Shown here: one piece after another, positions 24,968 through 33,809 of the stretch
How the letters are laid out: each line of letters starts with the position of its first letter
Numbering within the stretch: position 1 is the stretch's first letter
From: Candidatus Kaiserbacteria bacterium
GTDB taxonomy: Bacteria > Patescibacteriota > Minisyncoccia > Phycocordibacterales > UBA2100
DNA length: 64,000 nt
Assembly (NCBI GenBank): GCA_028286585.1
Contig: JAQBRI010000009.1
Location: 28,010 to 92,009 of the forward strand
Direction: 5' to 3'
Notes under the pieces: generated by a model
The model's database searches: none
What the model was told of the DNA's origin: nothing
The model's input: the letters and a program-made list of their open reading frames with translations, nothing else
Position numbers and translations under genes: made by a program

Positions 24968-26035
24968 TTAATGATTGCTAATGCTTTGTGTCAGCTGATA
25001 AATGGGAGTAATTATCGAAAGTGCAATAAACTCGACAATACTTCCCATCACAAGCATGAGGAGCGGCTCGATAAGCGTAGTAAGATTTTTGGTCATCTCT
25101 TTTACTTCTTGTTCATAATTTTCTGATATGTAACCAAAACTTTCTTGGAGTCGCCCTGTCATTTCACCAGAATGGATAATATGTACAAACATTGATGGGA
25201 ACAACCGAGGATGATGCGAAAGAGCATCTGCAACAGTGCTGCCCTCTTCTACACCAACTGCGATGAATGAAATAACATGCCTATACTGTGCAGATCCTGT
25301 CGTCGTACTAATAAGTTTTAAAACAGCTGCAGCTTGTATGCCGCTTAATAATAATGCACTGCCAGTGCGCGCAATTAGAGATAATTCGTAGCTTTGTAAT
25401 AGACCACCAATTATTGGTACGCGAAAAAGTATCCGTTCAAACAAATGTCTAAAAAATGGGACTCTTATGCACATTCCAAATACAACTAAACAGACAACTG
25501 CACCAAAAATTGCAATGTACCAATCGTGGATCAAAAAATCTGATACTCCTATTAAAATGCGGGTGGAAAGCGGCAATACGGTGTGAACACTTTTAAATAT
25601 CGGTGTAAGTTTTGGGAAAAGATAGACTGCCAAAAATAGGGATATGCACATCGTTGCGAGAATAATGATGATTGGATAGATAAGTGCGGCAATTACAGTA
25701 TTACGTAATTCTGCACGTTTTTTAAGCTCATCGGACACATATATAAGCGACTGATGCAGCGAACCTGACTCCTCTCCTATCTTCACCAGATTGATCGTCA
25801 GTGGAATAAATACTTTTGGAAACTTTTGCAAAGCCTGGGAAAATCGTATGCCATGCTGCACTTCGTGGAGGAGTGTTGTAATAATATATTTTGTATTTTT
25901 TGAGCTCTCCGAAAAACCTATCATCTTTAAAACTTCTCCTAATGGAATTCCAGCACGTAACATCATTGCAATACGTTTAAAAAGTACAACTTGCTGCTTG
26001 TTAGACAAACGCAGCATGTATGGCTTATCATTCAT
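24968..26035 (-). CDS. pilC: type IV pilus assembly platform protein PilC (GspF family)
   Basis: 355 aa with two GspF-type repeats, 3 TM segments and 'EESGSL'/'GEMTGRL' motifs. It overlaps pilB by 8 nt. Confidence 0.9.
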   Translation of the reverse strand: MNDKPYMLRLSNKQQVVLFKRIAMMLRAGIPLGEVLKMIGFSESSKNTKYIITTLLHEVQHGIRFSQALQKFPKVFIPLTINLVKIGEESGSLHQSLIYVSDELKKRAELRNTVIAALIYPIIIILATMCISLFLAVYLFPKLTPIFKSVHTVLPLSTRILIGVSDFLIHDWYIAIFGAVVCLVVFGMCIRVPFFRHLFERILFRVPIIGGLLQSYELSLIARTGSALLLSGIQAAAVLKLISTTTGSAQYRHVISFIAVGVEEGSTVADALSHHPRLFPSMFVHIIHSGEMTGRLQESFGYISENYEQEVKEMTKNLTTLIEPLLMLVMGSIVEFIALSIITPIYQLTQSISNH

Positions 26036-27359
26036 GCGTAAGTCGAAGCGTTTCTTCGAGCGTGGTAATTCCCTGTCGTGCTTTGAGGAGTGCGTCAGTA
26101 ATCATAATTTCCATTCCTTGCTTACATGCTTGGATACGTATTTCATCAGCGCTCGCGCGCATAACAATGCGCTCCCGAATTACTTCATCGATCTGCAATA
26201 ATTCATATACGCCAATGCGCCCTCTGTATCCAGTTCCAATACATTCTCCACAGCCACGTCCCCGATAAAACTGGGGATTGGTGTGCAATAACGAAAGTGG
26301 AGTAAGTTTTGAGACTTGTAATAATTCTGAATCCGTCAATGCTATTTTTTCACGGCAACCAATACAAATTTTTCGTACCAGTCGCTGTCCTATGACGAGG
26401 GTAACTGTAGACGCAATCAAATATGGCTCTACGTCCATATCAAGAAGACGCACGATGGTTGCCGCCGCATCGTTCGTATGAATACTCGACAAGACAAGGT
26501 GCCCAGTGAGCGCAGTATTTACAGCAAGCCGTGCGGTCTCTGTATCACGCACTTCTCCAACCATTACAATATCCGGATCTTGCCGCACGACTGCACGGAG
26601 TCCAGTTCCAAAAGTGAAGCCAATGGCGGGATTTACTTGGATTTGCCGAACTCCATGTATTGAATATTCTATCGGATCTTCAAGTGTAATAATTGATACA
26701 TCAGGCGTATTCAGTTGTGAAATCAAGGTGTACAACGTTGTCGTTTTGCCCGAACCTGTAGGACCTGTCGCAAGTATCATGCCATGTGTACGAGCGAGTG
26801 CGCGCTGTATTATTTGCTGCTGCAGATTACTAAAACCCAATTCGGGAAGACCATTAGCATTATTCATATTAGTGAGTAATCGCAATACAGCATTTTCGCC
26901 ACAATAGGTGGGTGTAATCGATACTCGCACGTCTACAATTATCGGTAGGGTTGTAGATTGTTTTATGTGAATAATTTCAGAGCGAAATCGCCCATCATGC
27001 GGCATGTAATGCTCATCGATGCGCAAACCTGCCATAACCTTTATGCGCGATATCACTTCGGAGTGTAATCCGATTGGTATGGTGTAGACATCTTGCAGTA
27101 TTCCATCGATACGCATGCGCACCATGACTATTCCATCACGCGGATCAATATGTACGTCGGACACCTTTGCAAAATATCCGTGAGATATCAATGCATCAAT
27201 AATTTTGATTGCTGAATTACCTATAATTTTTGTTATGTCCACGGGTCCGCTCTCTCGCGTAGGAATTTGCGTCGTATCAAAACAAAAAACACCCTCGGTA
27301 GGTGTTTCAGACGTGCTTTTTGCACGCGTAACAAACGCATGGAGACCCCGAATATCCAT
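26028..27359 (-). CDS. pilB: type IV pilus assembly ATPase PilB (GspE family)
   Basis: 443 aa with Walker A 'GPTGSGKTTTLY', 'EDPIEY', 'VGEVRD', a tetracysteine 'CIGC...CGEC' and a TGA stop. Confidence 0.95.
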   Translation of the reverse strand: MDIRGLHAFVTRAKSTSETPTEGVFCFDTTQIPTRESGPVDITKIIGNSAIKIIDALISHGYFAKVSDVHIDPRDGIVMVRMRIDGILQDVYTIPIGLHSEVISRIKVMAGLRIDEHYMPHDGRFRSEIIHIKQSTTLPIIVDVRVSITPTYCGENAVLRLLTNMNNANGLPELGFSNLQQQIIQRALARTHGMILATGPTGSGKTTTLYTLISQLNTPDVSIITLEDPIEYSIHGVRQIQVNPAIGFTFGTGLRAVVRQDPDIVMVGEVRDTETARLAVNTALTGHLVLSSIHTNDAAATIVRLLDMDVEPYLIASTVTLVIGQRLVRKICIGCREKIALTDSELLQVSKLTPLSLLHTNPQFYRGRGCGECIGTGYRGRIGVYELLQIDEVIRERIVMRASADEIRIQACKQGMEIMITDALLKARQGITTLEETLRLTHE

Positions 27360-27405
27360 GGGTTAATTTTAGCTCACACTGACGACCCGTAAAGTTTTTC
27401 AAGTG

Positions 27406-27425
27406 GATAACTATTGATAACTATT
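27406..27425. repeat. tandem direct repeat 2 x 10 nt (gataactatt gataactatt)
   Basis: Read directly from the sequence. It lies in the divergent pilB / FAD-oxidase intergenic region. Confidence 0.9.
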
Positions 27426-27441
27426 ACTAGATATTCAATCC

Positions 27442-27475
27442 GTACCTAACCTTCGCGGTCGCGAAGGTTAGGTAC
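27442..27475. promoter_or_regulatory. perfect 15-bp inverted repeat (gtacctaaccttcgc-ggtc-gcgaaggttaggtac)
   Basis: Read directly from the sequence. No gene ends here, so it is not a terminator for either flanking gene. Confidence 0.85.
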
Positions 27476-27480
27476 ATAGC

Positions 27481-27508
27481 ATACACATTCACGATTGTGA
27501 ATGTGTAT
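27481..27508. promoter_or_regulatory. perfect 12-bp inverted repeat (atacacattcac-gatt-gtgaatgtgtat)
   Basis: Read directly from the sequence, 5 nt after the first palindrome. Confidence 0.85.
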
Positions 27509-27520
27509 CGAATGAATTTA

Positions 27521-27541
27521 TTAATCAACTATATTGATTAA
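27521..27541. promoter_or_regulatory. 8-bp inverted repeat (ttaatcaa-ctata-ttgattaa)
   Basis: Read directly from the sequence. It is AT-only and therefore weaker. Confidence 0.6.
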
Positions 27542-27574
27542 TTGATTTGCGTTAATTATTGTTATACTTGGAGT

Positions 27575-29224
27575 ATGTTATTGAAAGAAGCTTTGCAAAA
27601 AATAATTCAGGGAGATGTTGTTGATGATCAAGAGTCAATAAAAAAGTACAGTCGTGACACCAGTATCTTCGAGAGAAGTCCAAAAGTTGTCGTGTTTCCA
27701 AAAAAAGCTGCTGATGTTCAGGCAGTTGTTGCGTATGTGCACGAAGCAAAACAGCGTGGAGAAGATATTTCTCTTGCCGGAAGGTCCGCTGGCACCGACA
27801 TGACAGGAGGCCCGCTCACAAAAGATATTGCACTGGTCTTTACAAAATACATGAATACTATTGGTACGATCGGGCTAAATACTGCAACAGCAGAGCCTGG
27901 TGTGTATTATCGCGATTACGAAAAGGCTACGCTTGCGGCAACAGGAATGATTACACCTTCTTACCCTGCCTCGCGCGAACTCTGTGCTATTGGTGGAATG
28001 GTTTCGAACAACTCAGGAGGTGAACTTACACTCAAATATGGCAAAACCAACAAATACGTTCGCTCATTAAATGTAGTACTTTCCGACGGAAGCAAAACTA
28101 CCATCAAGCCCCTCAGTCGCGTTGAGCTGTCCCAGCGGAAAGCACGGCAAGATCTGGAAGGTTCTATATATAGAGAGATCTCGGACCTATTGGATGCAAA
28201 CCGAACAGAAATTGAAGCGGCACGTCCTACAGTGAGCAAAAACTCTGCCGGGTACGCGTTGTGGAATGTTATAGACTCACAAAACGAAACGTTTGACCTC
28301 ACACAGCTTGTTGTAGGTTCACAAGGCACGCTCGCAATGGTAACCGAGGCAACACTTGGTCTTGTTAAAACAGCTGATCATCGGGCAATGTTGATTGTAT
28401 TTTTGTCAGACATTGCACTTTTGCCAGAAATCGTTGGGCGCGTTCTTAAGTACAATCCAGAATCATTTGAGTCCTATGACGACCAAACATTCAAACTTGC
28501 CGTGCGGTTTATTCCACAAATCGTTGGGCATTTTGGCTTACTACAAATGATTAAACTTGGATTCGCATTTATTCCCGAGGCCTGGATGGCGCTTACAGGA
28601 GGAGTGCCCAAGCTCGTTTTGATGGCAGAATTTGCAGAAAGCACTGCAGCGGAAGCTCTTGCAAAAGCAGTTGCTGCTCGCGCTGCACTCCACAACCTAT
28701 CTCTTAAAACCAAGATCGCACGATCGGAAACTGAAACCGCAAAGTATTGGACCATCCGACGAGAAAGCTTTGCACTTTTGCGAAAGAATTTGCACGGACT
28801 GTACGCGGCACCGTTTATTGACGATATTGTGGTACATCCTGCCGACTACCCTACTTTTTTGCCCGAACTTAATCTTATACTCGATCAACATAAACTTCTT
28901 TATACAATTGCGGGGCATATTGGAGATGGAAACTTTCATATCATTCCGCTTATGGATTTATCAAAAGAATCTCAGCGAAATGAAATAATCGAACTGCAGC
29001 CAAAGGTGTACGAACTTGTTGCCAAATACAAAGGCTCTACAACGGGCGAACATAATGACGGTATTATTCGGACTCCTTACCTTAAGTATATGTTTACACC
29101 AGCGATGCTCGATTTGTTTACACAAGTAAAAAAGATATTTGATCCACTTAATATATTTAATCCTGGGAAAAAAGTGGGCGGGACCATCGAGGACATTAAG
29201 TCGTCGATGATAACTCATACATAG
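27575..29224 (+). CDS. FAD-linked oxidase (GlcD / D-lactate dehydrogenase family)
   Basis: The ORF starts at 27542, with the first ATG at 27575 (MLLKEALQ...). 'VVFPKKAADVQAVV', 'GRSAGTDMTGG' and the C-terminal 'GSTTGEHNDGIIR...FDPLNIFNPGK' fit the FAD_binding_4 + FAD-oxidase_C pattern. Confidence 0.8.
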   Translation: MLLKEALQKIIQGDVVDDQESIKKYSRDTSIFERSPKVVVFPKKAADVQAVVAYVHEAKQRGEDISLAGRSAGTDMTGGPLTKDIALVFTKYMNTIGTIGLNTATAEPGVYYRDYEKATLAATGMITPSYPASRELCAIGGMVSNNSGGELTLKYGKTNKYVRSLNVVLSDGSKTTIKPLSRVELSQRKARQDLEGSIYREISDLLDANRTEIEAARPTVSKNSAGYALWNVIDSQNETFDLTQLVVGSQGTLAMVTEATLGLVKTADHRAMLIVFLSDIALLPEIVGRVLKYNPESFESYDDQTFKLAVRFIPQIVGHFGLLQMIKLGFAFIPEAWMALTGGVPKLVLMAEFAESTAAEALAKAVAARAALHNLSLKTKIARSETETAKYWTIRRESFALLRKNLHGLYAAPFIDDIVVHPADYPTFLPELNLILDQHKLLYTIAGHIGDGNFHIIPLMDLSKESQRNEIIELQPKVYELVAKYKGSTTGEHNDGIIRTPYLKYMFTPAMLDLFTQVKKIFDPLNIFNPGKKVGGTIEDIKSSMITHT

Positions 29225-29286
29225 TCGAAAAAGGAGTGTTCACAACTCTCCTTTCAAAAGTTGACAAATAAGCTATACTGGGTTGT

Positions 29287-29793
29287 ATGGAAATGATATC
29301 AACATCAACTACTCGGGAAGAACCAATCAATACAGACTTTTTACTGAAAGTTGTACAGCCGGCACTCACCGGCCTTATTGATGGCTCTGTTTCGACGCTT
29401 GCGCCTATTTTTGCCGCAGCATACGCAACACACAACCCGCATACGGCGTTCATTATTGGTGTATCTGCAGGCGTTGGAGCTGGTATTAGTATGGCTTTTG
29501 CAGAAGCACTTTCTGATACAGGCAAAGAAACGGGTCGCGGCCACCCAGTAATTCGCGGTGCAATCGTTGGTGTAATGACACTAATTGGTGGCATCCTGCA
29601 CACGCTTCCCTTTTTGATTCCACATATTACGACCGCGCTCTATGTTGCCTTTGCCGTTGTCGGAGTTGAACTTATCGCAATTGCATACCTCCGTTATCAC
29701 TTCTTTAAACTGAGTTTTTGGTCTTCGGTTGTACAAGTTGTACTAGGAGGAGGATTGGTACTTGCTGCCGGACTTCTTATCGGAAGCGCATAA
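29287..29793 (+). CDS. VIT1/CCC1-family (iron/manganese transporter-like) membrane protein
   Basis: 168 aa. 'GLIDGSVSTLAPIFA', 'GAGISMAFAEALSD' and 'TLIGGILHTLPFLI' follow the VIT family motif order. Confidence 0.6.
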   Translation: MEMISTSTTREEPINTDFLLKVVQPALTGLIDGSVSTLAPIFAAAYATHNPHTAFIIGVSAGVGAGISMAFAEALSDTGKETGRGHPVIRGAIVGVMTLIGGILHTLPFLIPHITTALYVAFAVVGVELIAIAYLRYHFFKLSFWSSVVQVVLGGGLVLAAGLLIGSA

Positions 29794-29854
29794 CCATTGA
29801 CATATCTAGTGCGAAGACTATCCTGAATAAGGACTACTAAATCGAGGGGCAATA

Positions 29855-30319
29855 ATGAAACAGGCCACAATGGTTCTCGTTTTTAACGAAGATAGAAGCC
29901 ATGTTCTTTTGGGCTACAAGAAAACGGGGGAAATCGGGCAATGCACGATCAATGGCCCTGGCGGCAAAAACGAACCGGGCGAAACAGCAGAAGACTGTAT
30001 TGTGCGCGAGACCCGCGAGGAAATTGGAATTCACCTAGACAAGCAGACGCTTGTTCGCGTTGGTACTGTCATTTCGTTTGTGGCAGATATTCCAGATTTC
30101 GAAGTCACGATCTTTCATGCCGGCAAGTACGAAGGTACGCCCCAAGAAACAGATGAGATGATCCCCGAGTGGCACGACGTGTGTAAAGTTCCATTCGATC
30201 GCATGCTCGAAGGCGACCGTGACTGGTTTCCGAGAGCAATGCAAGGAGAACCATTTCGCGCGCATGTCTATTACAAAGAACGTGTGCGATTCCACCAAAG
30301 AACTGAATTTGCTACATAA
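29855..30319 (+). CDS. NUDIX hydrolase (MutT-like)
   Basis: The Nudix box 'GPGGKNEPGETAEDCIVRETREEIGI' matches G-x5-E-x7-R-E-x2-E-E-x-G. Confidence 0.9.
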   Translation: MKQATMVLVFNEDRSHVLLGYKKTGEIGQCTINGPGGKNEPGETAEDCIVRETREEIGIHLDKQTLVRVGTVISFVADIPDFEVTIFHAGKYEGTPQETDEMIPEWHDVCKVPFDRMLEGDRDWFPRAMQGEPFRAHVYYKERVRFHQRTEFAT

Positions 30320-30320
30320 C

Positions 30321-30346
30321 AAAAAAGGCCCGCACACGTGCGGGCC
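30321..30346 (-). terminator. GC-rich hairpin terminator (T-run on minus strand; serves the SET gene, probably also stops NUDIX transcription)
   Basis: ggcccgcac / gtgcgggcc stem at 30327-30346, preceded on the + strand by aaaaaa (a T-run for the minus strand). Confidence 0.75.
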
Positions 30347-30373
30347 CAATTCATAATTGGCTTTTTATACTTT

Positions 30374-30796
30374 TTACACCGGACCTCCCTGGTGTTTTTT
30401 TGCCTTGCATCTACACCCTGCATCTTTGAGAAACTGATCAAAATATTCCTCGCCATAATCATAACCAAGCTCATCCCCTGCTTTTATATTTTTGATGGCA
30501 TGAATAATGATCCGATCTTTTTCGTCGATCTCCGTTTCGCAATTTGGATCGCAGGAGTGATTGATATATCGGGCAAGGTTGCCGCGCTTTGAACCATCGA
30601 TTGTCCACTTTTCATCTATCTCAAATAAATACCGAGTTGAGAGTTTATTCGCCTGGGGTGTAGGAATCTTGTCTCCCGTATATTCAATAACAAAGTCCCC
30701 TTTCTTAAATGGAACCAATGTAAACAACCCTAGACCTGCGCCGGGTGCCGAGCGTTTTACCTCAAACTTATCTGATAGTTTATTTTTTGATGACAT
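30374..30796 (-). CDS. SET-domain protein (lysine methyltransferase-like) with post-SET Cys cluster
   Basis: 140 aa with 'FVIEYTGDKI', 'ARYINHSCDPNCE', 'GDELGYDYG' and 'DAGCRCKAKKHQG'. Confidence 0.85.
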   Translation of the reverse strand: MSSKNKLSDKFEVKRSAPGAGLGLFTLVPFKKGDFVIEYTGDKIPTPQANKLSTRYLFEIDEKWTIDGSKRGNLARYINHSCDPNCETEIDEKDRIIIHAIKNIKAGDELGYDYGEEYFDQFLKDAGCRCKAKKHQGGPV

Positions 30797-30841
30797 TGCG
30801 GAGTACTATATCATAAAGCTTTTATATGGCATACTGGCGAT

Positions 30842-32095
30842 ATGAAGAAAGTATCCACCGAAAGCTACAAGGGCGTACGTGACTTTTATCCAGAAGATCA
30901 GTTTATCCAGAGATACCTTTTTGAGCATATGGAGCGTGTGTGTGAGCTCTTTGGCTACGAGGAATACAATGCCTCGATCCTTGAACCCACCGAGATGTAT
31001 CGTGCAAAAACGAGTGAAGAAATTATTAACGAAGAGACATACTCGTTTATAGATCGTGGAGATCGTGAGGTAACCCTGCGACCCGAAATGACCCCAACGG
31101 TCGCACGTATGATTGCGGGTAAATCACGCGAGATTCCATTCCCTGCACGATGGTATTCGATACAGAACTTTTTTCGATATCAAAAGCCCCAGCACGGCCG
31201 TTTGCGCGAATTTTGGCAGCTTAATGCCGATCTTATTGGAGTATCAGGAGTAGAAGCTGATGCTGAAATAATTGCCGTGGCGCACGACTTGGTACGAAGC
31301 TTTGGTGCAGAAGAGCGAGACTTTGAAATCCGCGTATCCGACCGAAGACTTGTTGATTCAATTTTTGAAGCTGCAGGGGTTACACCAGAGTTGCGTGCAC
31401 CAATCACCCGTCTTTTGGACAGACGCGCTAAACTAGAAAACTTTGCCGATGAATTAACTACGCTCGTTGGCGACAAGGGGCTAGCACTTACTCTAATTGA
31501 CCAGATCGACAGAACCACCTCGAGCGCATACCTGGAAGAATTGCGACTATTACTTGCGCAAATGGGAGTTGGTAACATGATCGTAGACACCAAGATCACT
31601 CGCGGATTCGACTATTATACGGGCATGGTGTTTGAGGTATTCGATACCGATCCTGCTAACCGCCGTTCAATGATGGGTGGCGGACGCTATGATAATCTTT
31701 TGAGCATGTTTGGCGGAGAATCCATTCCTGCTGTGGGATTTGCCATGGGCGATGTTGTTGCAAAAGACTTTTTGGAAGCACACAATCTGCTACCAGCATA
31801 TGCTCCAGCAACTGAAGTTATGCTCGCTGTTGTCGAGAAGGACTCGCTTAGTCATGCACTTCGTCTTGCTCACGATCTTCGCCGCGAAGATGTCTGTGTA
31901 TCAGTCAACTTTTCAGGTAAGCGTGTAGGTGATCAAATCCGTCATGCCGATAAAATGAAAATCCCATTTGTAATCGCAGTTGGAACAGAAGAGCGAACAA
32001 CCGGCAGATATACACTCAAAACACTTTCTACTGGTGTAGAAATTACATTGCCAGCAGACAGAATAGCGGAGCACTTGTTTGGAGCTCTTGGATAA
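30842..32095 (+). CDS. hisS: histidine--tRNA ligase
   Basis: 417 aa with class II motifs 'LRPEMTPTVARM', 'RYQKPQHGRLREFWQ', 'RGFDYYTG' and 'GGGRYDNL'. Confidence 0.95.
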   Translation: MKKVSTESYKGVRDFYPEDQFIQRYLFEHMERVCELFGYEEYNASILEPTEMYRAKTSEEIINEETYSFIDRGDREVTLRPEMTPTVARMIAGKSREIPFPARWYSIQNFFRYQKPQHGRLREFWQLNADLIGVSGVEADAEIIAVAHDLVRSFGAEERDFEIRVSDRRLVDSIFEAAGVTPELRAPITRLLDRRAKLENFADELTTLVGDKGLALTLIDQIDRTTSSAYLEELRLLLAQMGVGNMIVDTKITRGFDYYTGMVFEVFDTDPANRRSMMGGGRYDNLLSMFGGESIPAVGFAMGDVVAKDFLEAHNLLPAYAPATEVMLAVVEKDSLSHALRLAHDLRREDVCVSVNFSGKRVGDQIRHADKMKIPFVIAVGTEERTTGRYTLKTLSTGVEITLPADRIAEHLFGALG

Positions 32096-32130
32096 ATAAA
32101 ACCAATGTTGTTGGTTTTAAAAAAATAATT

Positions 32131-32709
32131 ATGCGAATCATAACTTTCGACATCGAAACGGCTAATTTCTTTTCCGACGTAAACTCAAACGATCCGGCTG
32201 ATCTTACGCTAGCTATCATTTGTATTCACGATTCAGAAACTGATTCATATTCAAGTTACCTAGAATCAGAATTGCCGCAGCTGTGGCCTATTCTTGAACG
32301 CGCTGACTTGCTGGTTGGATACAACTCGGATCATTTTGATATTCCCCTTTTAAATAAATATTACCCAGGGGACTTAACCCGAATGAAAAGTATCGATATT
32401 ATGAAAGAAATGCAAATGGTTACGGGCCGCAGATATAGACTTGATGCGGTCGCCGAAGGCACGTTGGGCAAAAAGAAAACTGCCGGAAAAGGCGGACAAT
32501 CGGTCATCTGGTGGCGCGAGGGCAAAATAAATGAAGTACGTGATTACTGCCTCAAAGACGTTGAACTGACAAAAAAACTATTTGACTATGCACTAGAAAA
32601 AGGCTCGCTTAAATATAAGGAGCTTGGCAAGTCGCACGAGGTAAAACTTGATATCAGTAAATGGCTTGCTCCGAAATCGAGCGCGATGACCTTCACACTT
32701 GGGTTTTAA
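32131..32709 (+). CDS. RNase H-fold 3'-5' exonuclease-like protein
   Basis: 192 aa. 'ITFDIET' (Exo I D-x-E), 'GYNSDHFDIPLL' (Exo II) and 'YCLKDVELT' (Exo III Y-x3-D) give a DEDDy-like order. Confidence 0.7.
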   Translation: MRIITFDIETANFFSDVNSNDPADLTLAIICIHDSETDSYSSYLESELPQLWPILERADLLVGYNSDHFDIPLLNKYYPGDLTRMKSIDIMKEMQMVTGRRYRLDAVAEGTLGKKKTAGKGGQSVIWWREGKINEVRDYCLKDVELTKKLFDYALEKGSLKYKELGKSHEVKLDISKWLAPKSSAMTFTLGF

Positions 32710-32828
32710 AATTCTCGAGACATAGTGTTTACAAAGACTCTCGGAGCACGACGGTGCGAGAGGGAGCTGATTTTTCAGCAGAAAAATACAGCGTTCTTTG
32801 GAAACAGTATGTTGAGAGAATTAACGTC

Positions 32829-32904
32829 TGGTGCTTGGGGCCGGGGTCGAACCGGCGACCCTTCCCTCTTCAGGGGAATGCTCTACCAACTGAGCTACCC
32901 AAGC
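32829..32904 (-). tRNA. tRNA-Phe (GAA), CCA encoded
   Basis: Manual cloverleaf on the minus strand: GCTTGGG TA GCTC AGTTGGTA GAGC A TTCCC CTGAAGA GGGAA GGGTC GCCGG TTCGACC CCGGC CCCAAGC A CCA. All stems pair and the anticodon loop is C-U-GAA-G-A. Confidence 0.95.
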
Positions 32905-32939
32905 ATGTGAGGCATTCTATCACAGCGAGATTATTATTT

Positions 32940-33344
32940 CTATCTAACCGAGCTGGTTCCATTTTCGGAACTGGTTGCAAGCTTCTGTGCTGCCGTATGC
33001 AGTACCGATTGCATTTGTTTGACCATATCCTCAAAGCCTGTGAATTTACTTTGGGTTTGCGTGTTTAGGGTCTTGGCTTGCTGGTACATCGTAATCATAC
33101 CGTCGACGGTACCGCTAAAATACGTTAAATAAATCCAAATCGGAGCGCCGAGAAAAATAATATACATGATTACTTTGAGTACACCGCCTATAAACGATGC
33201 ACGGCGCATCGAATGAAGTAGTTGATTGTTCTCCTTGGTTAGGCGATCAATATCGCGCAGCATGTCATATTGGCCGGGCTCTGTGAGGATTACCATACAC
33301 TCAAGTATACTCGCTTTATGCACGCGCACACCAGCCTTATCCAC
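32940..33344 (-). CDS. hypothetical membrane protein
   Basis: 134-aa ORF between the two tRNAs, with a central hydrophobic pair of helices ('FIGGVLKVIMYIIFLGAPIWIYLTYF'). The start is uncertain. Confidence 0.5.
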   Translation of the reverse strand: MDKAGVRVHKASILECMVILTEPGQYDMLRDIDRLTKENNQLLHSMRRASFIGGVLKVIMYIIFLGAPIWIYLTYFSGTVDGMITMYQQAKTLNTQTQSKFTGFEDMVKQMQSVLHTAAQKLATSSENGTSSVR

Positions 33345-33366
33345 GGCTCGTGCCGACCATATTAAT

Positions 33367-33441
33367 TGGTGCCCTTGGCGGGAATCGAACCTACATCTAC
33401 CCCTTAGGACGGGGCTGTTCTATCCATTGAACTACAAGGGC
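33367..33441 (-). tRNA. tRNA-Arg (CCT), CCA encoded
   Basis: Manual cloverleaf: GCCCTTG TA GTTC AATGGATA GAAC A GCCCC GTCCTAA GGGGT AGAT GTAGG TTCGATT CCCGC CAAGGGC A CCA. The anticodon is CCT with U33 and A37. There is one A-C mismatch in the T stem. Confidence 0.85.
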
Positions 33442-33452
33442 GAGAGCAGCAC

Positions 33453-33692
33453 CTAGAGGTGCAAAAGCTCTTTAATTTTTTCCTGATCGTAGCCAACGAT
33501 GATTTCATCATCGATACAAATGACAGGAACACCCATTTGGCTGCTCTTATCGATCATTTCTTTCCTTTTTTCGAGATTGGTGGACACATTGTAGTCCTCG
33601 TACGCAATGTTATTTTCGGTAAAATATTCCTTTGCCATATGACAAAAATGGCATGTTGGCGTTGAATAAATGGTGACGGTAGGTTGTGACAT
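33453..33692 (-). CDS. glutaredoxin/NrdH-like thiol-disulfide protein
   Basis: 79 aa with 'VTIYSTPTCHFCHMAKEYF' (C-x-x-C) and 'GVPVICIDDEIIVGYD'. Confidence 0.85.
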   Translation of the reverse strand: MSQPTVTIYSTPTCHFCHMAKEYFTENNIAYEDYNVSTNLEKRKEMIDKSSQMGVPVICIDDEIIVGYDQEKIKELLHL

Positions 33693-33753
33693 ACGATCAA
33701 TAGATAATTAATAAGTCTGTATAGTGTAGCACAAAGGCACCGAGGTTTTCAAT

Positions 33754-33789
33754 GCAAAACAAGTCTCCATATTCGGAGACTTGTTTTGC
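33754..33789. terminator. strong hairpin terminator (15-bp stem)
   Basis: gcaaaacaagtctcc-atattc-ggagacttgttttgc. A/T runs inside both arms allow bidirectional use. It lies just downstream of the minus-strand gene 33810..34454. Confidence 0.75.
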
Positions 33790-33809
33790 AACCCACTATT
33801 ATCCAACAA

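Noticed and set aside
26028-26030. Possibility of an alternative genetic code (UGA=Gly, as in some CPR lineages).
   Set aside because: pilB ends at TGA exactly where GspE-family proteins end (...LRLTHE*), with pilC starting 8 nt upstream in the usual coupled arrangement. All ORFs have normal family lengths under the standard code.
29196-29603. A 135-aa minus-strand ORF overlapping the VIT-family gene and the end of the FAD oxidase gene.
   Set aside because: It is antisense to two better-supported genes, and its Pro/Ala/Ser-rich translation is typical of an antisense frame.
32661-33068. A 135-aa plus-strand ORF spanning the tRNA-Phe gene.
   Set aside because: It runs antisense through a well-folded tRNA and through the 3' end of a minus-strand ORF. 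The translation is low-quality with no motifs.
32829-33441. tRNA-Phe and tRNA-Arg as an integration hotspot for a mobile element.
   Set aside because: There is no integrase, no duplicated tRNA 3' fragment (attL/attR-like direct repeat) and no phage-like genes nearby. The flanking genes are housekeeping (hisS, exonuclease, glutaredoxin).
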